From an uncultured Clostridium sp. (GTDB lineage: Bacteria; Bacillota; Clostridia; TANB77; CAG-508): DNA of 64,000 bases. The notes under the pieces were generated by a model that saw only the letters and a list, made by a program, of their open reading frames with translations, was not told the DNA's origin and searched no databases. The number at the start of each line of letters is the position of its first letter. Position 1 is the stretch's first letter. This document shows positions 1 through 9,670 of this stretch, piece by piece. The stretch spans positions 4,365-68,364 of the forward strand of contig CAMEWM010000001.1 of the NCBI GenBank assembly GCA_945946655.1. The letters are read 5' to 3'. The translations under genes were made by a program, and so were the position numbers.

Positions 1-538
1 CTTTAAATTTTTTATAGAAAAAATATGCTGTGTTCAAGTATTTATACTCAGGATTATCTGTATTCATTTCTAATTTTGTCGGTTGAGTCAATTTTTCATA
101 ATTTTCTCTTTTTATTATCTTCGTATTAAATAATGCATCATAGTTAGGATCAGATTGTAATTGCAGTCTGCTTCTTCTTCCCGAATGCAATATAGAATCA
201 TCAATTTTTTTCAAATCAACAAAATTAATCTCCTCTGAATCTTTATTTATTTCAGGAAATGTTTTTCTTAGCACATCCATCATTATCATTAGTGTTGTTA
301 TTCTTTGTTGTCCATCTATAAGATCTAAATAATCTCCAGCCTTTACAACAACTATTGATCCCAAAAAGTAACATTTATTATTTTGGTTTTCATATCCTTC
401 ATATAAATCATCCCAAAGGGCCTCTAACTGCTCATTTGTCCAACTATATTGTCTTTGATAGTTAGGTATTCTATATATTTGATCACAATTAAATATTTTA
501 CTTATTGTTTGATTTTCTGGAGTAAATGTATCTTCCAT
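1..538 (-). CDS. DUF262 (GmrSD/ParB-like nuclease N-terminal domain) protein, partial; C-terminus runs off the window start
   Basis: Own translation from ATG at 536-538 behind AGGAGG: MEDTFTPENQTISKIFNCDQIYRIPNYQRQYSWTNEQLEALWDDL...LIDGQQRITTL. The IPxYQRxYxW and DGQQR motifs are typical of DUF262. Absent from the ORF track because it is open to the window edge. Confidence 0.75.
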   Translation of the reverse strand, partial: MEDTFTPENQTISKIFNCDQIYRIPNYQRQYSWTNEQLEALWDDLYEGYENQNNKCYFLGSIVVVKAGDYLDLIDGQQRITTLMIMMDVLRKTFPEINKDSEEINFVDLKKIDDSILHSGRRSRLQLQSDPNYDALFNTKIIKRENYEKLTQPTKLEMNTDNPEYKYLNTAYFFYKKFK

Positions 539-554
539 ATTATCCTCCTATAAA

Positions 555-3500
555 TTATGCTGTTATTTCAGCATTTCTATTTATTTCTTCAATATCCTCT
601 CGAATTTGTTTAAATGCTCCTATATTATCTTCAAACACTTCAGATACCGCACCTAATGAACTAAATGGATCCTCTGTTAATACTTGTAGGCTTATTGTTC
701 CATTCTTTATTACATAGTCAATTAGCATCTTTACAAATTGTATTTGTTTACTGTTTAGCCTGTTATCATTTATATATTTTGAGAATATTGAATTTGCTGT
801 TTCACTATCTAATCCAACAATATTTCTTACAACTTGAATTACATTTTTATTTCCAAATGCTTGTACGAATTCACTATTATTTCCGAGTTCTTCAAACATA
901 ATTCTTTCTAAATCTTTCTTTTCCATCTCATTTAATTTCTGATTATGTTTAATTTTATATATTATTAAATTATCAAGATTTCCATTTAAGAACTTTGTAA
1001 CTTTCTTTTTATAGTTTGTATAATCTCCAGTTGAAGTTATCTTAGGATCTTCATTAGTTTCTGTTATTGTTAATGTATCTTCTATATCTGTTACCCATAA
1101 CTTTCTTGGTGGATTATCTATAAATTTGATTAAATCTCTTAACTCTTTTCTTGCTCTTTCAATTTCAAAGAAATCAGCTTTTTGCCAATATTCTTCATCT
1201 GAAGCAAACATGATTAGTTCTTTCTTTTCAACTATTTGTGGAATAGTTCCTAATTTCTTTAAGCTTTCTACCAATTCAGATAATAATGAAGTCTGTCTTT
1301 TAGTGTTCTTAACTCTCATTCTTCCGATTTGTACTCCATATACCAAGTTATCAAATCTTTTTGCGTATTCATCACTATCTTCAGTTAAGAATATTGGTAT
1401 TAATTGTTCTTTTATTTCATCATAAGCCACATAATCTATATGATCCCATTTTTCTTTTTTAGAATATCTATCTATGAATACTGTCTTGCCTCTTACAACA
1501 AAACTTTCTCTATTTAAATCATTTATTCTTGCTATAAGTTCACTAACTAATTCTTCTCTATAATTTTTATATTCTTCCTGTGCTTGATATTCCATGCTTT
1601 CTAATTCTGTTATCAAATCTAATTTTAGAACATATATTTTTTCTGTTAAAGATATTGTATTTCCTGCTTCAATTCCTCTATCATTTTCTTCAAAGAACTC
1701 AAAGTTTCTACAGCAATCAAATATATAAAATTGTGTTTTATCTATTCCTTCACCATATATGTCTTTACAAAGTCTTGTTCCTCTACCTATCATCTGCCAG
1801 AATTTAATCTTCGATTTTACAGGTTTGAAAAATACTAAGTTCAATACTTCTGGTACATCTATTCCTGTGTCTAGCATATCAACTGATACAGCTATTTGTG
1901 GAAATTTTTCAGGTATTTCAAAAGATTCTATAACTGTACTTGCAAAATTCACTTGATTGTCTATTACTCTTGCAAATTCTCCATTATATTTTGGATATAT
2001 TGAATTAAACACATTTACTATTTCTTCTGCATGTTTATGGTTTCTAGCAAATATAATAGTTTTACCTAATTTATCTCCACCTTCAACTTTTAAACCTTTA
2101 CTCATTAATGTTTCTAATACTAATTTTATAGTATCTCTATTAAATAGCCACGAATTAATCGCTGTAGAACTTATTTCATCTGGTACTACTTCATCCTCTT
2201 CAAATAGATTTTCATATTCCTCTTTATCTTCTTGTTTTAATTGGCTATATTTTATTCCTCTATCCAAAAACTCTGTATTAGTTTTTATGGTATGATAATT
2301 TACTAAATATCCTTCTTTAACTGCTTCTTCATATTCATAAACATATGTAGGTACATTATTTTCTAATTCAAAAAACTTATATGTATTCTTATCTACATCA
2401 TTTCTAGGTGTTGCAGTTAATCCAACTAATAATCCATCGAAGTATTCAAATATTGCTTGATATTTTCTATAGATACTTCTATGTGCTTCATCAATTATAA
2501 TTAAATCAAAATGTCCTGCAGTAAATAATTGATTTCCATCTTTTGCTTTCATTGTATCTATACAATTTATCATAGTTTGATATGTTGAAAATACTATTCT
2601 ACTTTCTTCTGGATCACCATCTTTAGAAGATAGTAAATTACAACATGACATATCTGGAAGGAGCTTTTTAAAGTTCTTTTCTGCTTGTTTTACTAACTCT
2701 GTTCTATCTGCCAAGAATAAAACATTTTGAACCCAATTCTTACCTGTCAAAACATCAACAATTGATATTGCAGTTCTTGTTTTACCTGTTCCAGTTGCCA
2801 TTACTAATAATGCTTTTCTATGTTTTTGTTCAAATGCTTCACATACACTTTTAATTGCTTCTAATTGATATGGTCTATTTGTAATTTTGTCATCAATAAA
2901 AATATGTTCCAAATTTTCTTTAGATTTTCTTCTATTTATCAACAATTGTAACTCTTTTTGTGTATAAAATCCTGCTACTTTTCTTTCTGGATAATCAAGA
3001 TCATCCCACATATAGATTTCTTTTCCATTTGTATAATAAATAACAGGTCTTTGAGCATATTCTCTTTCTATACAATCAGCATATAGTTTAGCTTGTTGCT
3101 GTCCATATTTAGCATCTTTACTTGTTCTTTTCGCTTCTACTACTGCTAATGGTTTTCCATTTTCTCCAAATAAAACATAATCAACATATCCCTTATCTTG
3201 AGTTGGAGTCATATCTTTTACTTCTAATTCTTCTACAATATTCTTTCCCAATTCCCATCCTGCAATTTCTAAATCCAAATCGATAAATCTTTTTCTGGTT
3301 TCAAATTCACTAATGTCATCTACTTTGAAGTTATAAGATTCTTTCTTGCTTGTCCTTGCACTTGTTAGTTTCTGTCTTAATTCTTCATTTTCTTTTAATG
3401 TTTTTTCTAATTCAATATCTTTTTCATATAATTTATTTTCAAGTTCTTCTCTTTCTTCTTTCTTTAAATTATCATTACTTAAATCTGGAAGAATAGATTC

Positions 3501-3905
3501 ATCAAATGTAACCTCTTCATAGTTTGAGTCATAGCAGTATGATATCCAATTCATAAAATCAAATAAATACTTTAAGCAAATAACCGCTTCTTCTCTGCTA
3601 ACTTTTTTATTACTATGTACAGAAAAGTTTCCTAACTTAATAATATATGTTATTTCTTTAAAAACATTTTCATCAACCATATTTTTAAAATTAATATCAT
3701 AAATTAGAGAAGATAAATTATCTTGATATGGCATTGTTAATTCTTCATCATTTGCATATAGCCATTTAACAGCTAATTCCAATGCTCTTCTACACATTAT
3801 TGTACAAGATACATTTGTTATTGCTATGCTTTTTTCAGCTTCAACTGATGCTTCTGCAAACGCTTTAAATATTTCATTTTTTAATATAAAATCAAAATTT
3901 GACAT
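555..3905 (-). CDS. hsdR: Type I restriction enzyme R subunit (HsdR) with N-terminal DUF4145-like domain
   Basis: PD-(D/E)xK block DYVLFGENGKPLAVVEAKRT, Walker A MATGTGKTRTA, DEAH box IIIDEAHRS, motif VI QMIGRGTR. Lies downstream of hsdM/hsdS. The ORF is open to 3932, but the ATG at 3905 has a GGGGGA RBS. Confidence 0.9.
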   Translation of the reverse strand: MSNFDFILKNEIFKAFAEASVEAEKSIAITNVSCTIMCRRALELAVKWLYANDEELTMPYQDNLSSLIYDINFKNMVDENVFKEITYIIKLGNFSVHSNKKVSREEAVICLKYLFDFMNWISYCYDSNYEEVTFDESILPDLSNDNLKKEEREELENKLYEKDIELEKTLKENEELRQKLTSARTSKKESYNFKVDDISEFETRKRFIDLDLEIAGWELGKNIVEELEVKDMTPTQDKGYVDYVLFGENGKPLAVVEAKRTSKDAKYGQQQAKLYADCIEREYAQRPVIYYTNGKEIYMWDDLDYPERKVAGFYTQKELQLLINRRKSKENLEHIFIDDKITNRPYQLEAIKSVCEAFEQKHRKALLVMATGTGKTRTAISIVDVLTGKNWVQNVLFLADRTELVKQAEKNFKKLLPDMSCCNLLSSKDGDPEESRIVFSTYQTMINCIDTMKAKDGNQLFTAGHFDLIIIDEAHRSIYRKYQAIFEYFDGLLVGLTATPRNDVDKNTYKFFELENNVPTYVYEYEEAVKEGYLVNYHTIKTNTEFLDRGIKYSQLKQEDKEEYENLFEEDEVVPDEISSTAINSWLFNRDTIKLVLETLMSKGLKVEGGDKLGKTIIFARNHKHAEEIVNVFNSIYPKYNGEFARVIDNQVNFASTVIESFEIPEKFPQIAVSVDMLDTGIDVPEVLNLVFFKPVKSKIKFWQMIGRGTRLCKDIYGEGIDKTQFYIFDCCRNFEFFEENDRGIEAGNTISLTEKIYVLKLDLITELESMEYQAQEEYKNYREELVSELIARINDLNRESFVVRGKTVFIDRYSKKEKWDHIDYVAYDEIKEQLIPIFLTEDSDEYAKRFDNLVYGVQIGRMRVKNTKRQTSLLSELVESLKKLGTIPQIVEKKELIMFASDEEYWQKADFFEIERARKELRDLIKFIDNPPRKLWVTDIEDTLTITETNEDPKITSTGDYTNYKKKVTKFLNGNLDNLIIYKIKHNQKLNEMEKKDLERIMFEELGNNSEFVQAFGNKNVIQVVRNIVGLDSETANSIFSKYINDNRLNSKQIQFVKMLIDYVIKNGTISLQVLTEDPFSSLGAVSEVFEDNIGAFKQIREDIEEINRNAEITA

Positions 3906-3932
3906 ATTATATCCCCCATTTATAATATTCAT

Positions 3933-5084
3933 TTAACCAAAGTATTTATCCATCAGGCTTTCATATAATTCTTGAATTTCATCTAAACTTTTTTGTATTT
4001 CAAATTTCTGTTTATCGATTTGTTTAACAAACTCAGCAAATTTATTTTGTAGCTCTATTGGTGGTATCGGTATCTTTAAATCGTTTCCATATTCTTTAGC
4101 ATTTATATTAGGTTGAGCAACTACTCTTTGTTTATTTTCCACCCATTTTTTATAGTTATCTGTTTTTGTATAAATAAATATATAATCAGGATTGCATATA
4201 TTAAGATCTAGCCTAAATCTAATACAATACCCTGCATAGATACAATATCCATCATTTTCATTATATTTGTATGTTTTTCCTACAGTTGCCCCTGTCCTAG
4301 CAAATAATATATCTCCATATTTTAAAATATATTTATCAATATTATTCTCATTTTTAGGAGATGCCATACTCTGATTATTTAATCTGCCATCTTCTTGAAT
4401 ATCAGTAATTCTAACATATCTAGGTTGTCCTTCTACAAATTCACCTGCGGAAGCCCCTGAACCATATTCTCCTTTTATTACAGATATTTCATTTAATGTT
4501 TTTAGATCAAACTTTTGATTTTCAAACATCTCGACAAACTGAGATTTGATTAATTCATCTAATTTTTCAATCTGTTGTGTTTTTAACTTAATTAAATCTT
4601 GTACTTTATCAAGTTGATTCGCTATTTCTTTTTGTTCTTTTATAGTAAACACAGGAATCATCAAACTTTCAATATGATTTGCTTTTAAATAGCTTTGTGT
4701 AGATTTATTTTGTTTTCTTGCTAAATGATTCTTAACATGAGTTGATTTGAAAAAATTTATAAAATATCTATAATCTATTTTTGAGTTATCTAATCTAACC
4801 AAAAACATATTTTGTCCATAAAACTCTCCATAAGAATCATCTACTATTGCCGTTTCTCCTAATGTTCCAATCATGCTAATTAAAATATCATTTTTTAAAA
4901 TTGGCCTGTTTTTTGATATTTTTTTATAGTCATCTATTGATATATAATTTACATTTTCAAAATTTATTTTACCACCTTTAATATTTTTTGATGTAACATA
5001 AGGAATTCCACTTCCTGTGTATTTGGGTGTTTGTGGCATAATCCAAAAATCATCTAATAAAACATTTTTTAGTTCTGTTATCAT
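3933..5084 (-). CDS. hsdS: Type I R-M specificity subunit (HsdS), two target-recognition domains
   Basis: 383 aa between hsdM and hsdR. Two similar halves each end in a coiled-coil conserved region (KEIANQLDKVQDLIKLKTQQIEKLDELIKSQF and NKFAEFVKQIDKQKFEIQKSLDEIQELYESLM). Confidence 0.88.
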   Translation of the reverse strand: MITELKNVLLDDFWIMPQTPKYTGSGIPYVTSKNIKGGKINFENVNYISIDDYKKISKNRPILKNDILISMIGTLGETAIVDDSYGEFYGQNMFLVRLDNSKIDYRYFINFFKSTHVKNHLARKQNKSTQSYLKANHIESLMIPVFTIKEQKEIANQLDKVQDLIKLKTQQIEKLDELIKSQFVEMFENQKFDLKTLNEISVIKGEYGSGASAGEFVEGQPRYVRITDIQEDGRLNNQSMASPKNENNIDKYILKYGDILFARTGATVGKTYKYNENDGYCIYAGYCIRFRLDLNICNPDYIFIYTKTDNYKKWVENKQRVVAQPNINAKEYGNDLKIPIPPIELQNKFAEFVKQIDKQKFEIQKSLDEIQELYESLMDKYFG

Positions 5085-5085
5085 C

Positions 5086-6543
5086 TTATAATATTCCCTC
5101 CAACTCTTTTAGTTTTTGTTGGATTTCATCTTCCATTTCAATTACTCTTTTTAAAATAACTTTAGGACTCTCATATTCCTTCTTTTCTATTACTATTTCT
5201 TTATATTTATTAATTGATAAATCATAATCATTTTCTACTATTTCTTCTTTAGATACAAAGAAAGATTTTTCTGTTCTAGCTCTATTTTGTTCTTCTTCTG
5301 AACCTCTTTTGTTAAATCTATTTATAATATCAGGAATATCGTTTTCTTTTATTGGCTGTCTTTGATCATCTAAACTAAATCCATCCGCTGTCATATCATA
5401 AAACCATACTTTGTCTGTTCCGCCTTGCCCTGTTTTTGTAAATATCATAATTGCTGTAGAAACTCCTGCATAAGGTTTGAATACACCACTCGGCATTGAT
5501 ACAATTGCTTCTAATTTATGATTTTCTATTATTTCTTTTCTAATAGCTTTATGCTGATTTGAACTTCCAAATAGAACCCCATCAGGAACAATTGAAGCAA
5601 CTCTGCCTCCTTTTTTTAGTATTTTTAAGAATAATGCTAAGAATAATAATTCTGTTTTCTTAGATTTGTTTGTTATTCCTAATAAATCTTTAGAAATTGT
5701 TTCCAAGTCTACAGATCCTTTGAATGGAGGATTTGCTAATACTAATGTATACTTGTTTCTATCTTCATTATCTTCTCCTATAGAATTCTTGTATTCTATA
5801 TTTGGATTTTCAATTCCATGTTGCATTAGGTTCATAGCACTAATTCTTAACATTGTTGTATCCATATCAAATCCATAGAACATTGTATTATTAAAATGCT
5901 CTTTTTCTTCTTTATCATTGAATATTCCTTTATGATTTTTCCTTAAATACTCTCCTGCCTCAACTAAGAAACCTGCACTACCACAAGCAGGATCCACAAT
6001 GATATCTTGTGAATTAGGTTTCATAAGTTCAACCATCATCCTAATAATATGTCTTGGTGTTCTAAATTGCCCATTAGTACCTGCTGTAGATAATTTTGAA
6101 AGTAAATATTCGTAAACATCTCCCTTAGTATCTCTATCCTTCATAGGCAATCCATCAATACCTGTAACTACCTTTTGTAACATAAGCGGTGTTGGAACTA
6201 AAAATATTGCATCTTGCATATATTTTGCATAGTTAGAATTTTTCTCATTTCCTAATGATTTTATAAACGGAAAAACTTCATCTTGCATATTTTTAAACAT
6301 TTTTCCTGCTTCATAGTCTTTAAATACACTCCATCTACAATGTTGATGTGCTTCGTCAAAAATTCTATTTGTTTTAATTCCTATAAAAACTTCATCTTTT
6401 TCGTTTCTAATTTCTATATCATCTAATCCCTTTATAAATAGTAAATATGTTATTTGTTCAATAACTGATAAAGGATTAGTTATTCCACCTGTCCAGAAAT
6501 ATTCCCAAATTCTATCTATTTTATTTCTTACTTCTGTATCCAT
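5086..6543 (-). CDS. hsdM: Type I R-M N6-adenine DNA methyltransferase (HsdM)
   Basis: Motif I VDPACGSAGFL, motif IV LANPPFKG, N-terminal HsdM_N-like region. 1-nt gap to hsdS. Confidence 0.92.
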   Translation of the reverse strand: MDTEVRNKIDRIWEYFWTGGITNPLSVIEQITYLLFIKGLDDIEIRNEKDEVFIGIKTNRIFDEAHQHCRWSVFKDYEAGKMFKNMQDEVFPFIKSLGNEKNSNYAKYMQDAIFLVPTPLMLQKVVTGIDGLPMKDRDTKGDVYEYLLSKLSTAGTNGQFRTPRHIIRMMVELMKPNSQDIIVDPACGSAGFLVEAGEYLRKNHKGIFNDKEEKEHFNNTMFYGFDMDTTMLRISAMNLMQHGIENPNIEYKNSIGEDNEDRNKYTLVLANPPFKGSVDLETISKDLLGITNKSKKTELLFLALFLKILKKGGRVASIVPDGVLFGSSNQHKAIRKEIIENHKLEAIVSMPSGVFKPYAGVSTAIMIFTKTGQGGTDKVWFYDMTADGFSLDDQRQPIKENDIPDIINRFNKRGSEEEQNRARTEKSFFVSKEEIVENDYDLSINKYKEIVIEKKEYESPKVILKRVIEMEDEIQQKLKELEGIL

Positions 6544-6554
6544 ATTTGCCCCCC

Positions 6555-6755
6555 TTATTTTTCTATTTCAACGATATCTTCAATATCGCAATTTAATATA
6601 TTACAAATCTTGACTAATATTTCTACTTGTACCGATTCATTTCTTCCAAGTTTAGCCATAGCATTTGTTGTAATACCTGCTTTTTCAGATAATTGTGTCT
6701 TATTAATCTTCTTGTCTATCATCAATTTCCATAGTTTATCATAATTTACTTGCAT
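6555..6755 (-). CDS. XRE-family helix-turn-helix protein, candidate controller of the Type I operon
   Basis: 66 aa. KINKTQLSEKAGITTNAMAKLGRNESV is a typical HTH_3/HTH_26 pattern. First gene of the operon, GGAGG RBS. Confidence 0.75.
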   Translation of the reverse strand: MQVNYDKLWKLMIDKKINKTQLSEKAGITTNAMAKLGRNESVQVEILVKICNILNCDIEDIVEIEK

Positions 6756-6794
6756 AAATTATTCCTCCATAAAACGATTTTTTATTACAAAATT

Positions 6795-6845
6795 ATTCTA
6801 TCATTTTGCCTCTTTTTATTCAAGATTTTCTTGAATATTTCAAGA
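6795..6845 (-). promoter_or_regulatory. Candidate sigma-A promoter plus operator for the HTH-hsdMSR operon
   Basis: On the minus strand, -35 TTGAAT (6818-6823), 17-nt spacer, -10 TAGAAT (6795-6800). Perfect palindrome TTCAAGA-TTT-TCTTGAA (6819-6835) overlaps the -35. A third half-site TTCAAGA lies at 6839-6845. Confidence 0.4.
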
Positions 6846-6894
6846 AGTTTTTTCGACAATATATTTTATACTAAACTATACTTTACTAATCTAT

Positions 6895-6933
6895 CCTTAC
6901 CTAACCTTACCTGCGTCGACGACCCGTCGACGG
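6895..6933. repeat. GC-rich block: CCTTACC x2 followed by palindromes CGTCGACG and CCGTCGACGG
   Basis: Read directly: CCTTACC at 6895-6901 and 6905-6911, CGTCGACG at 6914-6921, CCGTCGACGG at 6924-6933. A G8 tract follows at 7036-7043. Function unknown. Confidence 0.6.
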
Positions 6934-7188
6934 TTCATTGCATTTTCCAAAAAACTCACGTAAAAATTTACTTTTGTGTGAATGTAGGTGGGCTGTGGGT
7001 GGTGAAATAATAAAAGAATTGACTTCATGTATGTCGGGGGGGGATTACCCTTTCAAAAACATTAAATCAATTCTATTGAAATTCGATATATTTTATTTTT
7101 TATACCCTTAGATATGTAATTTATTATTATTTAATTTTTATTTTCTAATTCATTCGATTTTTGATAGAGTTAGCATTAAATTTTTGAT

Positions 7189-7440
7189 TTATTTAACGCT
7201 TCCTATTAATGTAGGTCGAGATAAAACTGATGTTATTTTTCTTTTATCTTCAAAAGTTAATGTCCAACTCGCTCCACTCACCTGCTCTCTAATTTTATAT
7301 ACCTTATTAGGCTCACCTAATTTATCTTTTAGTTTTTTTATTACTGTTTTTCTACAACTATACAAATGTATTTGGCTTCTTGCATAGTCTATATGTACTA
7401 TAGTTTCTTGTTCTTCAAAATCTGTATTATATAATTTCAT
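7189..7440 (-). CDS. Hypothetical protein (83 aa)
   Basis: ATG at 7440 preceded by GAGGAGG. No recognisable motif. Confidence 0.5.
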   Translation of the reverse strand: MKLYNTDFEEQETIVHIDYARSQIHLYSCRKTVIKKLKDKLGEPNKVYKIREQVSGASWTLTFEDKRKITSVLSRPTLIGSVK

Positions 7441-7671
7441 TCTTACCTCCTCAATTTTATCGTATGTTTTTTCACACAATACATATAAGTTAAATCACAT
7501 ATATCAATATTATTTTTGTTTCTTATCGATGTGTAAAATCCCACAACTATTCTTTTACTTGTATGTATTGCTATGTCTATGTTTTCTGTCATTTTTATAT
7601 TGTTATATATTCGCTACTTCAATATATGTGAAATCACACATGTTTTATAATATTACCATATCATTACTATT

Positions 7672-8094
7672 TTATTGTTTCTTTCTTTTATATCTTTTAT
7701 CTTCTTCTGGAATATAAAAATTATCAGTTCCATATACTTTCCACTTATCAGAAAAACCGTATTTGTTTGCTTTCATAAATGGAGCTCCAGAAAAAGTTTG
7801 TCTAATAAATCCTCTATCGATTAGAATATCTAAATCAGTTCTAAATGTTCTTAAATCTCCATATAGTTCTTCTGCTTCTGTAGATGTTAAAACTATTTCA
7901 TCTTTATTACTTTCTTTTGTATGTGGATTATACTTATATCTACTTTTTAATATTACATATAATCCTATCTGTCTTGGTTTTAATGATTTCCATGCTCTTG
8001 ATTCAATCATATCTTTACATATTTTTGTGAAAGCAGATCGTTCACAACTACTTTCAAAAGGTGCATTCTTAGAAGTATTAGCCTTTCTTGACAT
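7672..8094 (-). CDS. Hypothetical protein (140 aa), mobile-element associated
   Basis: ATG at 8094 preceded by GAGGTGA. No recognisable motif. Confidence 0.5.
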   Translation of the reverse strand: MSRKANTSKNAPFESSCERSAFTKICKDMIESRAWKSLKPRQIGLYVILKSRYKYNPHTKESNKDEIVLTSTEAEELYGDLRTFRTDLDILIDRGFIRQTFSGAPFMKANKYGFSDKWKVYGTDNFYIPEEDKRYKRKKQ

Positions 8095-8241
8095 AAAAAT
8101 CACCTCGAATGAACCAAAAGATGTTGCTTTTTTCTATTGTCTGATGTATACTGTAAATAAGTTTTATGATGAACTCGTAGGAGAAAATAAATGTATTCGG
8201 AATCGCTTATGTAATACATTTGTTTTTCTCTATTTTTCTTT

Positions 8242-8436
8242 TCAATCATTTTTCATCACCTCCACGCTTTTCGTACATTGATTTTGGATCCAAATATCAA
8301 TTAATGCTTTTTTAAAATAAATTCTATTTGCAATCCTAAAGTTTGGTATTTCCCTATTTTTTATTAGCTTTCTCACTGTAGAATCACTACAGCGGAGATA
8401 TTTAGTTAATTCTTTTACATCGAAAACTTCATCCAT
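8242..8436 (-). CDS. Excisionase/AlpA-like helix-turn-helix DNA-binding protein
   Basis: 64 aa. LTKYLRCSDSTVRKLIKNREIPNFRIANRIYFKKALIDIW fits the HTH_17/MerR-type excisionase pattern. Confidence 0.6.
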   Translation of the reverse strand: MDEVFDVKELTKYLRCSDSTVRKLIKNREIPNFRIANRIYFKKALIDIWIQNQCTKSVEVMKND

Positions 8437-8439
8437 ATT

Positions 8440-8607
8440 TTAATCCTCCTCTTTCTTATTTTCTTCAGCTAATTTTTTCTTAGCTTTTTTAAGCCAATAT
8501 CTTTTGTTGATTTCTCTTACTTTGTCTTTGTTGTTTTTTCTCCAGAGTCTAGCATTCTCTCTTTTCATTTCTGCTACTAATTCATTAAGTTTTTCATCAT
8601 TCTCCAT
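8440..8607 (-). CDS. Small basic coiled-coil protein (55 aa)
   Basis: ATG at 8607 behind GGAGGTG. MENDEKLNELVAEMKRENARLWRKNNKDKVREINKRYWLKKAKKKL. The longer track ORF start lacks an RBS. Confidence 0.4.
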   Translation of the reverse strand: MENDEKLNELVAEMKRENARLWRKNNKDKVREINKRYWLKKAKKKLAEENKKEED

Positions 8608-8790
8608 ATTTACACCTCCAATCTTTATAATAATCTTGACAATCTTCACACAAAAATGTATAATGTGATTGTGATAAACATTTTCGTATCGATAAAGATA
8701 TTTAAACATATGTTTGTATGTCTGTCAATACAACCACACAAAGATGTATAAAAAATTTTTTATTAAAAAAATAAACACGGAGGAATAAAA

Positions 8791-9669
8791 ATGAAGTTAG
8801 CAAAAAAACTTAAATTATTGAGAGCAGAAAAAGGAATTACACAAGACACTCTTATAAAAGAAACTGGCCTTTCTGCTCAAGCAATTCGTAATTATGAGAA
8901 TGAAGATATGGATAGACTACCTAATACTGTTCAATTAAAAATACTTAAAGATTACTTTGGTGTAACATATGAATATCTATTAGATGATAATTGTGAAAAT
9001 AAAACACCAGAGTCTGTTAATATTGGAAAAAAATTAAAATTGTCAGACCAATCTCTTAATAGAATTACAGATCTACAAAATCATAATTATCAATATTTTC
9101 CTGAGGAAGGTATTTATTATAAAGAAGGAGTTAATGGTGAAAATTCATTTAATAGATGGTTGGAATCGTTTGACGAATTTAAAAGATTTTCTGTTAGACT
9201 TGATATATTTTATAATTTGAATAAGCTATTAGAAATAGCTCCATATTTCATGCATTTATCAGACTTATGCAAAAGCCTTGAAGATAGTTTTAATTCTGAT
9301 AAAGTATTTATTTCTAAGATCAATGATTTATTAGATAAAAAAATAGATGAATATAAATCTTGCTTTGAGGTAGAAGATAAATCTGATTTCCTAACAAATG
9401 AATTTTTCGAATTAACAAATCATTATAAAGAATATAAAGATTATTTAAATAAACATAAAAAAATTCCAGAGAAAGGATTATTTCTTATTTTAGATTATAT
9501 TAGTTCATCTGCTTCTATAATTTATGAAGATGCTTATAAAAATTTGAGATACTGTCAATATGAGATTTCTGAAATAATTAAAAATAATCTTATAAATCAA
9601 TCTGCTACTTTTGATGAAAATTTTATTCCTTCCGAAATCAAAAATATATTAAAGAAAGAAGGATTATAA
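8791..9669 (+). CDS. XRE-family HTH regulator with long C-terminal domain (repressor-like)
   Basis: N-terminus LRAEKGITQDTLIKETGLSAQAIRNYENE is an HTH_3 pattern. GGAGG RBS. Its stop is 1 nt from the int start. Confidence 0.75.
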   Translation: MKLAKKLKLLRAEKGITQDTLIKETGLSAQAIRNYENEDMDRLPNTVQLKILKDYFGVTYEYLLDDNCENKTPESVNIGKKLKLSDQSLNRITDLQNHNYQYFPEEGIYYKEGVNGENSFNRWLESFDEFKRFSVRLDIFYNLNKLLEIAPYFMHLSDLCKSLEDSFNSDKVFISKINDLLDKKIDEYKSCFEVEDKSDFLTNEFFELTNHYKEYKDYLNKHKKIPEKGLFLILDYISSSASIIYEDAYKNLRYCQYEISEIIKNNLINQSATFDENFIPSEIKNILKKEGL

Positions 9670-9670
9670 A

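Noticed and set aside
6750-7010. 86-aa plus-strand ORF across the hsdM promoter region and GC-rich block.
   Set aside because: It overlaps the promoter/operator of the opposite strand, has no RBS and its sequence is low-complexity. The region is more plausibly non-coding.
7490-7645. AAATCACA(CA) motifs at about 7493, about 7633 and 12807 as possible att repeats of the small integrative element.
   Set aside because: The longest shared string is 10 nt of AT-rich sequence, which is compatible with chance. There is no extended flanking similarity.
7763-8281. 172-aa plus-strand ORF and many similar antisense ORFs (for example 1126-1425, 1957-2295, 16953-17315, 28233-28703, 44745-45200, 50501-50920, 51201-51572, 52645-53256, 60994-61299, 61441-61893, 63362-63853).
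   Set aside because: All lie antisense inside long, motif-bearing minus-strand genes. They are rich in F/L/I/S as expected from the complement of AT-rich codons, and they lack RBSs and recognisable motifs.
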